Of a DNA stretch of 45,394 bases, positions 5,676 through 12,776 are shown in pieces (the first letter of the stretch is position 1; each line of letters opens with the position of its first letter). The position numbers and the translations under genes are program-made. The notes beneath the pieces are model-generated. The model was given only the letters and a program-made list of their open reading frames with translations, ran no database searches and was not told the origin of the DNA. The stretch is from a virus (lineage: Duplodnaviria > Caudoviricetes), in the IMG/VR virus record IMGVR_UViG_3300032315_000882, positions 1 through 45,394 of that record, one strand, 5' to 3'.

Positions 5676-8512
5676 CCACCTTTCACGGGGACACGGAGAC
5701 CTTCTGCGAAACGCCCCTCGCCCACGGCCTGCACCGCTACGCAGAGAAGGTCGAGATCACGGTCCTGGCCTGGGCTATTGACGAGGGCCCAGTCGAGGTC
5801 ATCGACTGCACCAGGCCCGGCTGGGAGGACAAGGTCAAGGTGGCGCTGGCCGCCGCCGACGCCGCCGACGAGCAGGTCTGGCAGAACTCTGCCTTCGACC
5901 GTACCGTCATGCGCCACGCATGGGGCTACGAGATGCCGGTCGAGAGGGTCGTGGACACGATGGTCCAGGCCCTCGCCCACGGCCTTCCCGGCTCCCTCGA
6001 CAAGCTCTGCTCGGTGCTGGGCGTGCCGACTGACCTTGCCAAGCACAAGGAGGGCAAGCAGCTGGTCCAGCTCTTCTGCAAGCCCAGGCCCGAGACCTCG
6101 AAGGTCAGGCGCGCGACGCGCGAGACCCACCCCCTCGAATGGCAGCGGTTCCTCGACTACGCGGGCTCCGACATCCTGGCGATGCGAGAGGTGCGCAAGC
6201 GTCTGCCTAAGTGGAACTACCCCGCGAACCAGCGCGAGCGCGACCTGTGGGTGCTCGACCAGAAGATCAACGACAGGGGCGTCGCCGTCGACCTGGCCCT
6301 GGCAGAGGCCGCCGTGCGCGCCACGGACCTGGCCAAGAAGGGGCTGAAGGCGAAGACGCAGGAGCTGACCGGCTTCGACCCGGAGACGGGTCAGGGGCTC
6401 GAGAGCACCACGCAGCGCGACGCCTTCCTGAAGTACCTGCTCGGTGAGTTCGACGTCGACCTGCCCGACATGCAGAAGGGCACGCTCGAGCGGCGACTGG
6501 CCGACGAGAACCTGCCGGAGCCCGTCAAAGACCTGCTCCGCATCAGGCTCATGGCCACGGTGTCGTCGACCGCCAAGTACAAGACGCTCCTGCGGGGGAC
6601 GTCGAGCGACGGGCGGCTGCGCGGGACGCTCCAGTTCTGTGGCGCTGCGCGCACCGGCCGCTGGGCTGGCCGCCTCTTCCAGCCCCAGAACCTGATGCGC
6701 CCGACGCTGAAGCAACAGGCCATCCTCGACGCCATCGAGGTCTTCCTCGCCGACTGCGCGGACCTGGTCTACGACAACGTCATGAACACGGCGGCGAACT
6801 GCACGCGCGGCGCGCTGACCGTCGGGCCCGGCAAGAAGATGGTGTCCTCCGACCTGGCCAACATCGAGGGCCGTTTCCTGGCATGGCTGGCGGGCGAAGA
6901 GTGGAAGCTCCAAGCCTTCCGCGCCTTCGACGCAGGCACCGGGCCCGACCTCTACTACGTCGGCGCGTCCGAGGTGCTGAACATACCCATCGACCAGGTC
7001 ACGGCCGACCAACGCCAGTCACACGGGAAAACACCGGAACTCGCGTGTCTTGGCCCTGATACCCAAGTGTTGACTAGCACCGGCGTGAAGCCTATTATCA
7101 CGGTTCTCGAAACAGATTTGCTATGGGACGGTGAAGAGTGGGTGAAGCACGACGGCCTTATCGACCGGGGCCAACGCCGGACAATCCTCGTGGAGGGGGT
7201 CGAGATGACCCGGGATCACCTGATCCAATGCGGAGACCTGTGGCGGAAAGCGGAACGGGTCGCCTCAAAGCGTATCTGCCGCGCCCTGTCGAGGGCCAGC
7301 GGTTCGGACAGCTTGTGGTCTCTGGCTTCGACCTTGGGCCTGCAGGAGGTCTTCGCGCGGTCAGGGTTCGCTGTGATTGCGGAGCGCCTGAACACCGCGT
7401 CCACATCAGCAACCTGCGCAACGGCTACTCGCGAAGCTGCCCCAAGTGCGCCATCAAAAAATCAGGAGCCAAGCGCAAAGAGTGGTTTCGTTACGCAGAC
7501 GTCGTGCCCGACGACGGTCATCGCCGGAGGCTATGCAACCGTATCGCGGCTTGTGTTAACCGCTGCCATAACCCCAACGATGCAGGCTGCAGGAACTACG
7601 GCGGCCGGGGCATCTTCGTCCACGCGCCTTGGCGCGCCGACCGCGCCGCGTTTCTCGCCTACCTGGTCACGCTTGACGGGTGGGATCAGCCAGCTCTGGA
7701 ACTGGACCGCGAGGACGTCAACAAGGGCTACGAGCCCGGCAACCTCCGCTTCATCACAAGACAAGAGAACTCGAAAAACAGACGTAAGGTCGGGGTTATG
7801 GAAGCCCGGATCGCGGAGCTTGAGGCCCGTCTACGATCTTGCAAATGCGGGACCGCGTAACCGCTTCACCGTGGTCAACGCGGCCGGGGAGGCTCTAGTT
7901 GTCCACAACTGCGGCTACCAGGGTGCGGTCGGCGCGTTCCAGGCGATGGCCCGCATCTACGGGCTGGAGATGTCCGACGCCCGGGCCCTCGAGATCGTGA
8001 AGGCCTGGCGCAAGAAGAACAAGCACATCGTCGAGCTATGGTACGAGACCGAGCGCGCCGCGATCCGCGCCGCAGAGCAGCCTGGCCTGCGGGTCGAGGC
8101 GGCCGGTGGCAAGCTCGTCTTCCAACGCGACGGCAGCTGGCTGCGCATGCGCCTGCCGTCTGGCCGTTGCCTCTGCTACCCCGGCGTCGCCGTCGAGGAG
8201 GGCAAGCTGACGTACATGGGCACGAACATGTACACCCGGAAATGGGAGCGGCTGCACACCTACGGCGGCAAGCTGATCGAGAACGCCACGCAGGGCGGGG
8301 CTCGCGACGTGCTGGCGCACAACATGGCCGAGGCCGAGGCGGCTGGGTTCGAGATCACACTCACGGTCCACGATGAGCTGGTCACGGAGACAATCGACAG
8401 CGGGCAGTTTACCGCGGAGCGTCTGTCTGCCATCATGTCAACCGTACCGCCCTGGGCGACGGGCCTCCCGCTCGCCGCCTCCGGGTGGGAAGGACAGAGG
8501 TATCGAAAATGA
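5672..8512 (+). CDS. polA: Family A DNA polymerase with 3'-5' exonuclease, interrupted by an intein (mature protein ~658 aa)
   Basis: ExoI DTET, NSAFDR, DYAGSD; GAARTGRWAG; motif A SDLANIEGR; motif B GKTPELA/CGYQG; motif C TVHDE. Confidence 0.95.
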   Translation: MTTFHGDTETFCETPLAHGLHRYAEKVEITVLAWAIDEGPVEVIDCTRPGWEDKVKVALAAADAADEQVWQNSAFDRTVMRHAWGYEMPVERVVDTMVQALAHGLPGSLDKLCSVLGVPTDLAKHKEGKQLVQLFCKPRPETSKVRRATRETHPLEWQRFLDYAGSDILAMREVRKRLPKWNYPANQRERDLWVLDQKINDRGVAVDLALAEAAVRATDLAKKGLKAKTQELTGFDPETGQGLESTTQRDAFLKYLLGEFDVDLPDMQKGTLERRLADENLPEPVKDLLRIRLMATVSSTAKYKTLLRGTSSDGRLRGTLQFCGAARTGRWAGRLFQPQNLMRPTLKQQAILDAIEVFLADCADLVYDNVMNTAANCTRGALTVGPGKKMVSSDLANIEGRFLAWLAGEEWKLQAFRAFDAGTGPDLYYVGASEVLNIPIDQVTADQRQSHGKTPELACLGPDTQVLTSTGVKPIITVLETDLLWDGEEWVKHDGLIDRGQRRTILVEGVEMTRDHLIQCGDLWRKAERVASKRICRALSRASGSDSLWSLASTLGLQEVFARSGFAVIAERLNTASTSATCATATREAAPSAPSKNQEPSAKSGFVTQTSCPTTVIAGGYATVSRLVLTAAITPTMQAAGTTAAGASSSTRLGAPTAPRFSPTWSRLTGGISQLWNWTARTSTRATSPATSASSQDKRTRKTDVRSGLWKPGSRSLRPVYDLANAGPRNRFTVVNAAGEALVVHNCGYQGAVGAFQAMARIYGLEMSDARALEIVKAWRKKNKHIVELWYETERAAIRAAEQPGLRVEAAGGKLVFQRDGSWLRMRLPSGRCLCYPGVAVEEGKLTYMGTNMYTRKWERLHTYGGKLIENATQGGARDVLAHNMAEAEAAGFEITLTVHDELVTETIDSGQFTAERLSAIMSTVPPWATGLPLAASGWEGQRYRK
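7046..7909 (+). mobile_element. Intein (288 aa) inserted in polymerase motif B
   Basis: Block A CLGPDTQV, block B MTRDH...WRKAE, block F PVYDLANAGPRNRF, block G VVHN followed by +1 Cys; removal restores GKTPELA-CGYQG. Confidence 0.93.
7228..7860 (+). CDS. HNH-type homing endonuclease encoded in an alternative frame inside the intein (start ATG 7228 or GTG 7240)
   Basis: GQRFGQLVV, CDCG, SCPKC, RCHNPN...NYGGRGI.V...W, LDREDVNKGYEPGNLRFITRQENSKN, typical of phage HNH/AP2-associated endonucleases; GC-rich third positions in this frame. Confidence 0.85.
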   Translation: MRRPVAESGTGRLKAYLPRPVEGQRFGQLVVSGFDLGPAGGLRAVRVRCDCGAPEHRVHISNLRNGYSRSCPKCAIKKSGAKRKEWFRYADVVPDDGHRRRLCNRIAACVNRCHNPNDAGCRNYGGRGIFVHAPWRADRAAFLAYLVTLDGWDQPALELDREDVNKGYEPGNLRFITRQENSKNRRKVGVMEARIAELEARLRSCKCGTA

Positions 8513-8826
8513 GAGAGAGCACGGTCGAAGCGCACCTGCGCAAGAAGGCGACAGCTGCTGGCGCTCTGGTCAGGAAGATGTTCTGGCCGGGGCACCGCGG
8601 TGCGCCGGATCGCTTGGTGGTCTGGTCCCCCGTCGCTCTCGGCTTTATGTCTAGCCGCGCCGACGGCGGGCCGCAGATCGACTTCGTCGAGCTGAAGGCC
8701 CCCGGCAAGAAGCCCGACCCGCACCAGGAGAGGGAGCACGCCCGCCTGCGCGGCGCGGGCTGCACAGTTTTGGTCCTCGACACCGTCGAGGCAGTCGACG
8801 ATTACATTGAGGAGAGGACACAGTGA
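8509..8826 (+). CDS. VRR-NUC domain nuclease (probable resolvase)
   Basis: RESTVE..L, GAPDR, FVELKAPG, Q.REH..L..AG..V.V. Confidence 0.9.
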   Translation: MRESTVEAHLRKKATAAGALVRKMFWPGHRGAPDRLVVWSPVALGFMSSRADGGPQIDFVELKAPGKKPDPHQEREHARLRGAGCTVLVLDTVEAVDDYIEERTQ

Positions 8827-9077
8827 ACCCTTACCACCAAATCCGAGAGCGCCGCGCCCCGAAGCCGACGGGCGGCAGCCCCGCCCACAAACCCTGGACC
8901 GCCGCAGAGTTGGATCGGGCCATACGCCACCGGCGTGCCGGTCGCAGCGCGGCGGAAATCGCCGAGAAGCTGGGCCGCACCCGCAACTCGGTCATCGGCG
9001 CTCTGCACCGGGCGGGTGAGCCAGGCGTGCTGAATAGCCAGTTCCCCGATCCTTGGAGACTGCGCCTTGTCCCGTGA
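8823..9077 (+). CDS. GcrA N-terminal-like HTH protein
   Basis: WT...G.SAAEIAEKLGRTRNSVIGALHR matches GcrA WT...GLSASQIA..LGGVTRNAVIGKVHR; no C-terminal GcrA domain. Confidence 0.75.
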   Translation: MNPYHQIRERRAPKPTGGSPAHKPWTAAELDRAIRHRRAGRSAAEIAEKLGRTRNSVIGALHRAGEPGVLNSQFPDPWRLRLVP

Positions 9078-10482
9078 GTACGTCCCCAGGCCCTGGCAAC
9101 CGGCCATGATCGACCACGCCTGCGAGGTCGTGCGCGCCGGTCAATGGGCGGGGATGGGCACGGGCAAGACCTCGGCCACATTGGCCGCCCTCGACCTGCT
9201 CCACCTCTGCGGCGAGGTCACGCGGCCCGCTCTGGTCATCGCACCCAAGAGGGTGGCCGAGCACACCTGGCCCGACGAGGTCAGGAAGTGGGACTTCTGC
9301 GCGGGGTGGCAGGTCGAGACGATCCTCGGCACACCTGCCGAACGGCTGGCAGCTCTCGGCCGTGCGCGCAAGGGCAGCTCGCCTCTCGCCACGATCAACT
9401 ACGAGAACCTGCCGTGGCTGCTCGAGAAGCTCGACGGCGACTGGCCCTTCGGCCTGGTCATCGCCGACGAAAGCACCAAGCTGAAGAGCTTCCGCGGCGG
9501 CTTCCGCACGCATGCGACCACCGGCAAGACCTACTACCAGGGGGGCGGCTCGACCAGGGCCAGGGCCCTGGGCCGCGTCGCGCACCGCACACCGCGCTGG
9601 ATCAACCTGACGGGCACGCCGTCGCCGAACGGGCTGCAAGACCTCTGGGGGCAGGGCTGGTTCCTCGACGCTGGCCAGCGTCTGGGCCGTACCTTCGAGA
9701 GCTTCAAGGAGCGGTGGTTCCAGAAGTCCTTCGACGGCTTCAGCATCGACCCCCTCCCCTTCGCGCAGGAGCAGATCGAGACGGCGCTCCGCGACATCTG
9801 CCTGACCACCGAGGTGCCGGTCGAGAAGCCCCTGTTCAACGAGATCAGGGTCGAGCTGCCCGACAAGGCCCGGGCCCAGTACCGCGAGATGGAACGCAAG
9901 ATGTGGACCGAGATCAAGGCGGTCGGCATCGAGGCGGTCAACGCCGCCGCCCGATCCGGCAAGTGCCTGCAGATAGCCAATGGAGCAGTCTATGACAACG
10001 AAGAGAACAAGGCCTGGCACGAAGTCCACGGAGCCAAACTGGACGCCTTGGAAAGTGTGGTCGAAGAGGCTGCCGGAGCACCAGTCCTCGTCGCCTATAA
10101 CTTCCGACACGACCTCGAGCGATTGCAGCGAGCCTTCCCCCATGCCATCGACCTCAGCACGTCGGCGGGCCTTCGAGCTGCAAAGGCTGGGGTTGGACGG
10201 GTCTGGCTTGCCCACCCCGCGAGCCTCGGGCACGGAGTAGACGGGCTGCAGGAGCACTGCAACATCGTCGCCTTCTTCGGGCTAGATTGGAACCTTGAGA
10301 CCCACGACCAGATCATCGAGCGCGTGGGGCCCATGCGCCAACAGCAGGCGGGCAAGAAGCGCCCCGTCTACGTCCACTACATCCTGGCCACCGGCACCGT
10401 GGATGAACTCGTACTAGACCGGCTTACCAACAAGAGGAGCGTCCAGCAGATCATGCTCGACGCCATGAAAAGGCAACCTTGA
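9067..10482 (+). CDS. SNF2-family (superfamily 2) helicase
   Basis: MGTGKT, IAPKRVA..TW, INYE, DEST, LTGTP, HG.DGLQ, QIIERV motifs. Confidence 0.92.
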   Translation: MSREYVPRPWQPAMIDHACEVVRAGQWAGMGTGKTSATLAALDLLHLCGEVTRPALVIAPKRVAEHTWPDEVRKWDFCAGWQVETILGTPAERLAALGRARKGSSPLATINYENLPWLLEKLDGDWPFGLVIADESTKLKSFRGGFRTHATTGKTYYQGGGSTRARALGRVAHRTPRWINLTGTPSPNGLQDLWGQGWFLDAGQRLGRTFESFKERWFQKSFDGFSIDPLPFAQEQIETALRDICLTTEVPVEKPLFNEIRVELPDKARAQYREMERKMWTEIKAVGIEAVNAAARSGKCLQIANGAVYDNEENKAWHEVHGAKLDALESVVEEAAGAPVLVAYNFRHDLERLQRAFPHAIDLSTSAGLRAAKAGVGRVWLAHPASLGHGVDGLQEHCNIVAFFGLDWNLETHDQIIERVGPMRQQQAGKKRPVYVHYILATGTVDELVLDRLTNKRSVQQIMLDAMKRQP

Positions 10483-10511
10483 TCTAGCGCCAAATTGTGT
10501 TAGGTTAGCTG

Positions 10512-10634
10512 TTGGCCTCACAGCCTCCCGGGAGACGGGGCTGTGGGATGAGTGACAAGGCCCTTCGCGGAGCCAGTCACGACCAAAGCTCCGGCCGCTG
10601 GTTACTTGTCCTTCCCAGCGGCCGGAGCTTTTTG
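10512..10634 (+). ncRNA. Candidate structured small RNA (three hairpins, ending in an intrinsic terminator)
   Basis: Upstream TTGATC (10479-84) and TGt-TAGGTT (10498-10506); hairpins at 10517-10547, 10552-10580 and 10585-10631; no ORF. Confidence 0.45.
10585..10634 (+). terminator. Rho-independent terminator at the convergence of the two arms (possibly bidirectional)
   Basis: 17-bp perfect stem AAAGCTCCGGCCGCTGG/CCAGCGGCCGGAGCTTT with a TTTTT run at its 3' end. Confidence 0.85.
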
Positions 10635-10636
10635 CT

Positions 10637-11260
10637 TTAGAGCACCCGGATCAGTTTGTTCACGATGATCGTCGGCTGCACGTTCTGGCTCGAGCCGCCG
10701 CCCGTCGACGTAGCGGCGGCGGTGATGCCGGTCGTCGTGCTGCCGGTGTTGACCGTGGGCGTCGCGCCGCTGGCGTCGGCGTCCTCCATAGCGGAGCCAG
10801 CACCAGTACCGCCGCGGACGTCCAAGCTGTGGACGTGACCAGGGTCTGTGATGTTGACGGTGTGCGTGTGGCCGTGCAGCCGCTCGTCACCGCCCGACGC
10901 GCCGAGCACGTCGCCGTCAATGCCCGACACCGCGGCGGTCAGGCGGTCGGCCGAGGTGCCGCCCATGTCGTCCTGGCCAGCGCCCACCCGGCCCCGGTAG
11001 TCGGGCAGGTTGAAGGTGGTCGTGCCGTTGCCGACGCCGTAGGCCGTCCCCAAACGCGCGAAGAGGGTGGCGTAGGTCGTGCGACTGACCGCCTGCCCGT
11101 AAGGGAATACCCAGGTCACACCCTGCACCACAGCGGGCTCGGCCGTGCCTGCATAGTCGATCACCGTGCCGATGGGGCAGATGATGTTGGCCAGCGCCAC
11201 GACTTCAGCGGCGGTCGGGTAGTCCTCGGCGAGCAGGGACTGAGGGACGAAGGTGGTCAT
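10637..11260 (-). CDS. Tail collar domain protein
   Basis: PIGTVIDYAG...GQAVSRTTYATLFARLGTAYGVGNGTTTFNLPDYRGRV (tail collar); HTH/HVH motifs; C-terminal NVQPTIIVNKLIR. Confidence 0.85.
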   Translation of the reverse strand: MTTFVPQSLLAEDYPTAAEVVALANIICPIGTVIDYAGTAEPAVVQGVTWVFPYGQAVSRTTYATLFARLGTAYGVGNGTTTFNLPDYRGRVGAGQDDMGGTSADRLTAAVSGIDGDVLGASGGDERLHGHTHTVNITDPGHVHSLDVRGGTGAGSAMEDADASGATPTVNTGSTTTGITAAATSTGGGSSQNVQPTIIVNKLIRVL

Positions 11261-11272
11261 GTTCTCGTTCTT

Positions 11273-11596
11273 TCAGCGGGCCCAGAAGGCATACCACGGG
11301 GCGTTGATGGCACGGTAGGCACGCTGGTCTCGCGCCTCGCACAGCTTGATGACGGCGAGGCCGTCCTTCTTGTCGCGTTCCGACTGCGTGAGGCGGCCGG
11401 TCTCGTCGAGGGCGTAGTTGCGCCAGTCGTCCAACGGCACGCCGCTGTCGGCGAGGGTAGCGTGGCCGACGACGTTGCCCAAGATGGCCTTGCCAAAGAC
11501 CGAGCAGCCTTCAGCAGGCGCTGCCACCCTGGAGCTTGCACAGCTGCTGACGAGCAACGCGCTCGCGGTCAGCAGGATCAGCTTGGCGTACCGCAT
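11273..11596 (-). CDS. o-spanin (Rz1-like lipoprotein)
   Basis: MRYAKLILLTASALLVSS-C lipobox; overlaps the 3' end of the i-spanin gene. Confidence 0.75.
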   Translation of the reverse strand: MRYAKLILLTASALLVSSCASSRVAAPAEGCSVFGKAILGNVVGHATLADSGVPLDDWRNYALDETGRLTQSERDKKDGLAVIKLCEARDQRAYRAINAPWYAFWAR

Positions 11597-11822
11597 CTTG
11601 GGCCTCCTGTACCTGGGTTTGGGTGGCGGCGTCGGCCGCCGCGTTGTTGACGGTGATCTCAAAGGTCTCTTTCGCCGTGTCGGTGCGCGCGTCGGCGATG
11701 GTGGCTTGGTCCTTGGCCTGGTCGGCAGAGGTGCAGGCTCCCCGCCACGAGAGGAGGGACAGCACGGCGACGACAACGGCCGCCAGGATCAGCCAGGTGC
11801 GGAGGGGGAAGGGGTTCTTCAT
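11511..11822 (-). CDS. i-spanin (Rz-like)
   Basis: N-terminal TM, helical periplasmic part, C-terminal Cys; follows the endolysin. Confidence 0.7.
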   Translation of the reverse strand: MKNPFPLRTWLILAAVVVAVLSLLSWRGACTSADQAKDQATIADARTDTAKETFEITVNNAAADAATQTQVQEAQDAVRQADPADRERVARQQLCKLQGGSAC

Positions 11823-12247
11823 AGCACCAGCTCGAAGTGGGGGCTGTCGCTCTCGCCCTTCTCGCGCGGCTTGCCGTCGCGATCCCAGTCAGCGCCCCAC
11901 CGGATGGTGGTGCCCAGCGTCCTGGCTGCGCCGAAGACGGCGGCGGCCATGTCGTCGAACTTGTTGAGGTCGTTCCAATCCACCGGGTATGGGACGATGT
12001 CGACCGCGTGGCCGTAGCCCGTTTCCGGGTTGATGAAGTGGTTCGACTTCAGGGTCCACGTCACCTTGTTGCCCGGCTTCGTGCGGCCCTGCGCGAAAAG
12101 CTCGGCCTGGCGTGCAGGTGTGCGGACGCCCTCGAGGACCATGAAGTCCTGCTCGGTGCGCTGGATGGCCAGCTCGAGGACGGCGACCAGCTTGGGGTGG
12201 ACGCCGCGGAGGCGGAACTTGGATTGAGCGCCGAGAGCGTAGGTCAT
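11819..12247 (-). CDS. Endolysin, M15-family L-Ala-D-Glu peptidase
   Basis: EGVRT..RQ..L, SNH...GHAVD, IRWGADWD...DSPHFEL. Confidence 0.9.
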   Translation of the reverse strand: MTYALGAQSKFRLRGVHPKLVAVLELAIQRTEQDFMVLEGVRTPARQAELFAQGRTKPGNKVTWTLKSNHFINPETGYGHAVDIVPYPVDWNDLNKFDDMAAAVFGAARTLGTTIRWGADWDRDGKPREKGESDSPHFELVL

Positions 12248-12489
12248 GGCTTCTTCCAGCTTGCGACGATGCGGGCGAGGTCGGCGGCCGACGCGCCGCC
12301 CATGTAGAGGAGGGCGAAGAAGGCCTGCGAACCGATCAGGGCCAGGGCCACGTCGCGCAGCGGCCCACCGTCTGACAGCTTCCAGACGATGCCTGCGAGA
12401 AGGATCAGGGTGACGGTCACATAGCCAATCGTCACCCAGCGCCGCCAGTGGAACGAAGGCTCGGGGAGGGGGTCTTGGTTATCGGTCAT
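12244..12489 (-). CDS. Holin (2 TM)
   Basis: Two hydrophobic helices, basic C-terminus, directly upstream of the endolysin. Confidence 0.65.
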   Translation of the reverse strand: MTDNQDPLPEPSFHWRRWVTIGYVTVTLILLAGIVWKLSDGGPLRDVALALIGSQAFFALLYMGGASAADLARIVASWKKP

Positions 12490-12776
12490 TCGCCTACCTT
12501 TCGGAGCGCGGCGGGCATCAGCCGCTCGATCAGGCTCGTCAAATGCTTGAGCTGCTCTTGCACCCGAATGACCTCTTCCCGCGTGTTGTCGTGGCTGGCC
12601 TCTTTGGCTTGCAGCGCCGCAACCACCGCAGCCAGCGCACTGATTTGCGATGTCAGCGTGGCAAGCTGATTTGTCGTAGCCGTGCCGTTGACGCGGCCTT
12701 CAAGCCGCACCAGCCAAATGATAACAGCCACACCAGCGAGGCCGAGGGTGATGAGGGGGCCGGGTTCGAGGGTCAT
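12486..12776 (-). CDS. Membrane-anchored coiled-coil lysis-cassette protein (holin/antiholin-like)
   Basis: N-terminal TM (LITLGLAGVAVIIWLVRLEGRV) followed by a coiled coil. Confidence 0.6.
   Translation of the reverse strand: MTLEPGPLITLGLAGVAVIIWLVRLEGRVNGTATTNQLATLTSQISALAAVVAALQAKEASHDNTREEVIRVQEQLKHLTSLIERLMPAALRKVGE

Noticed and set aside
7046-7909. Group I intron as the explanation for the polA insertion
   Set aside because: The insertion is a multiple of 3, stop-free in the polymerase frame and has all intein splicing motifs at exact boundaries
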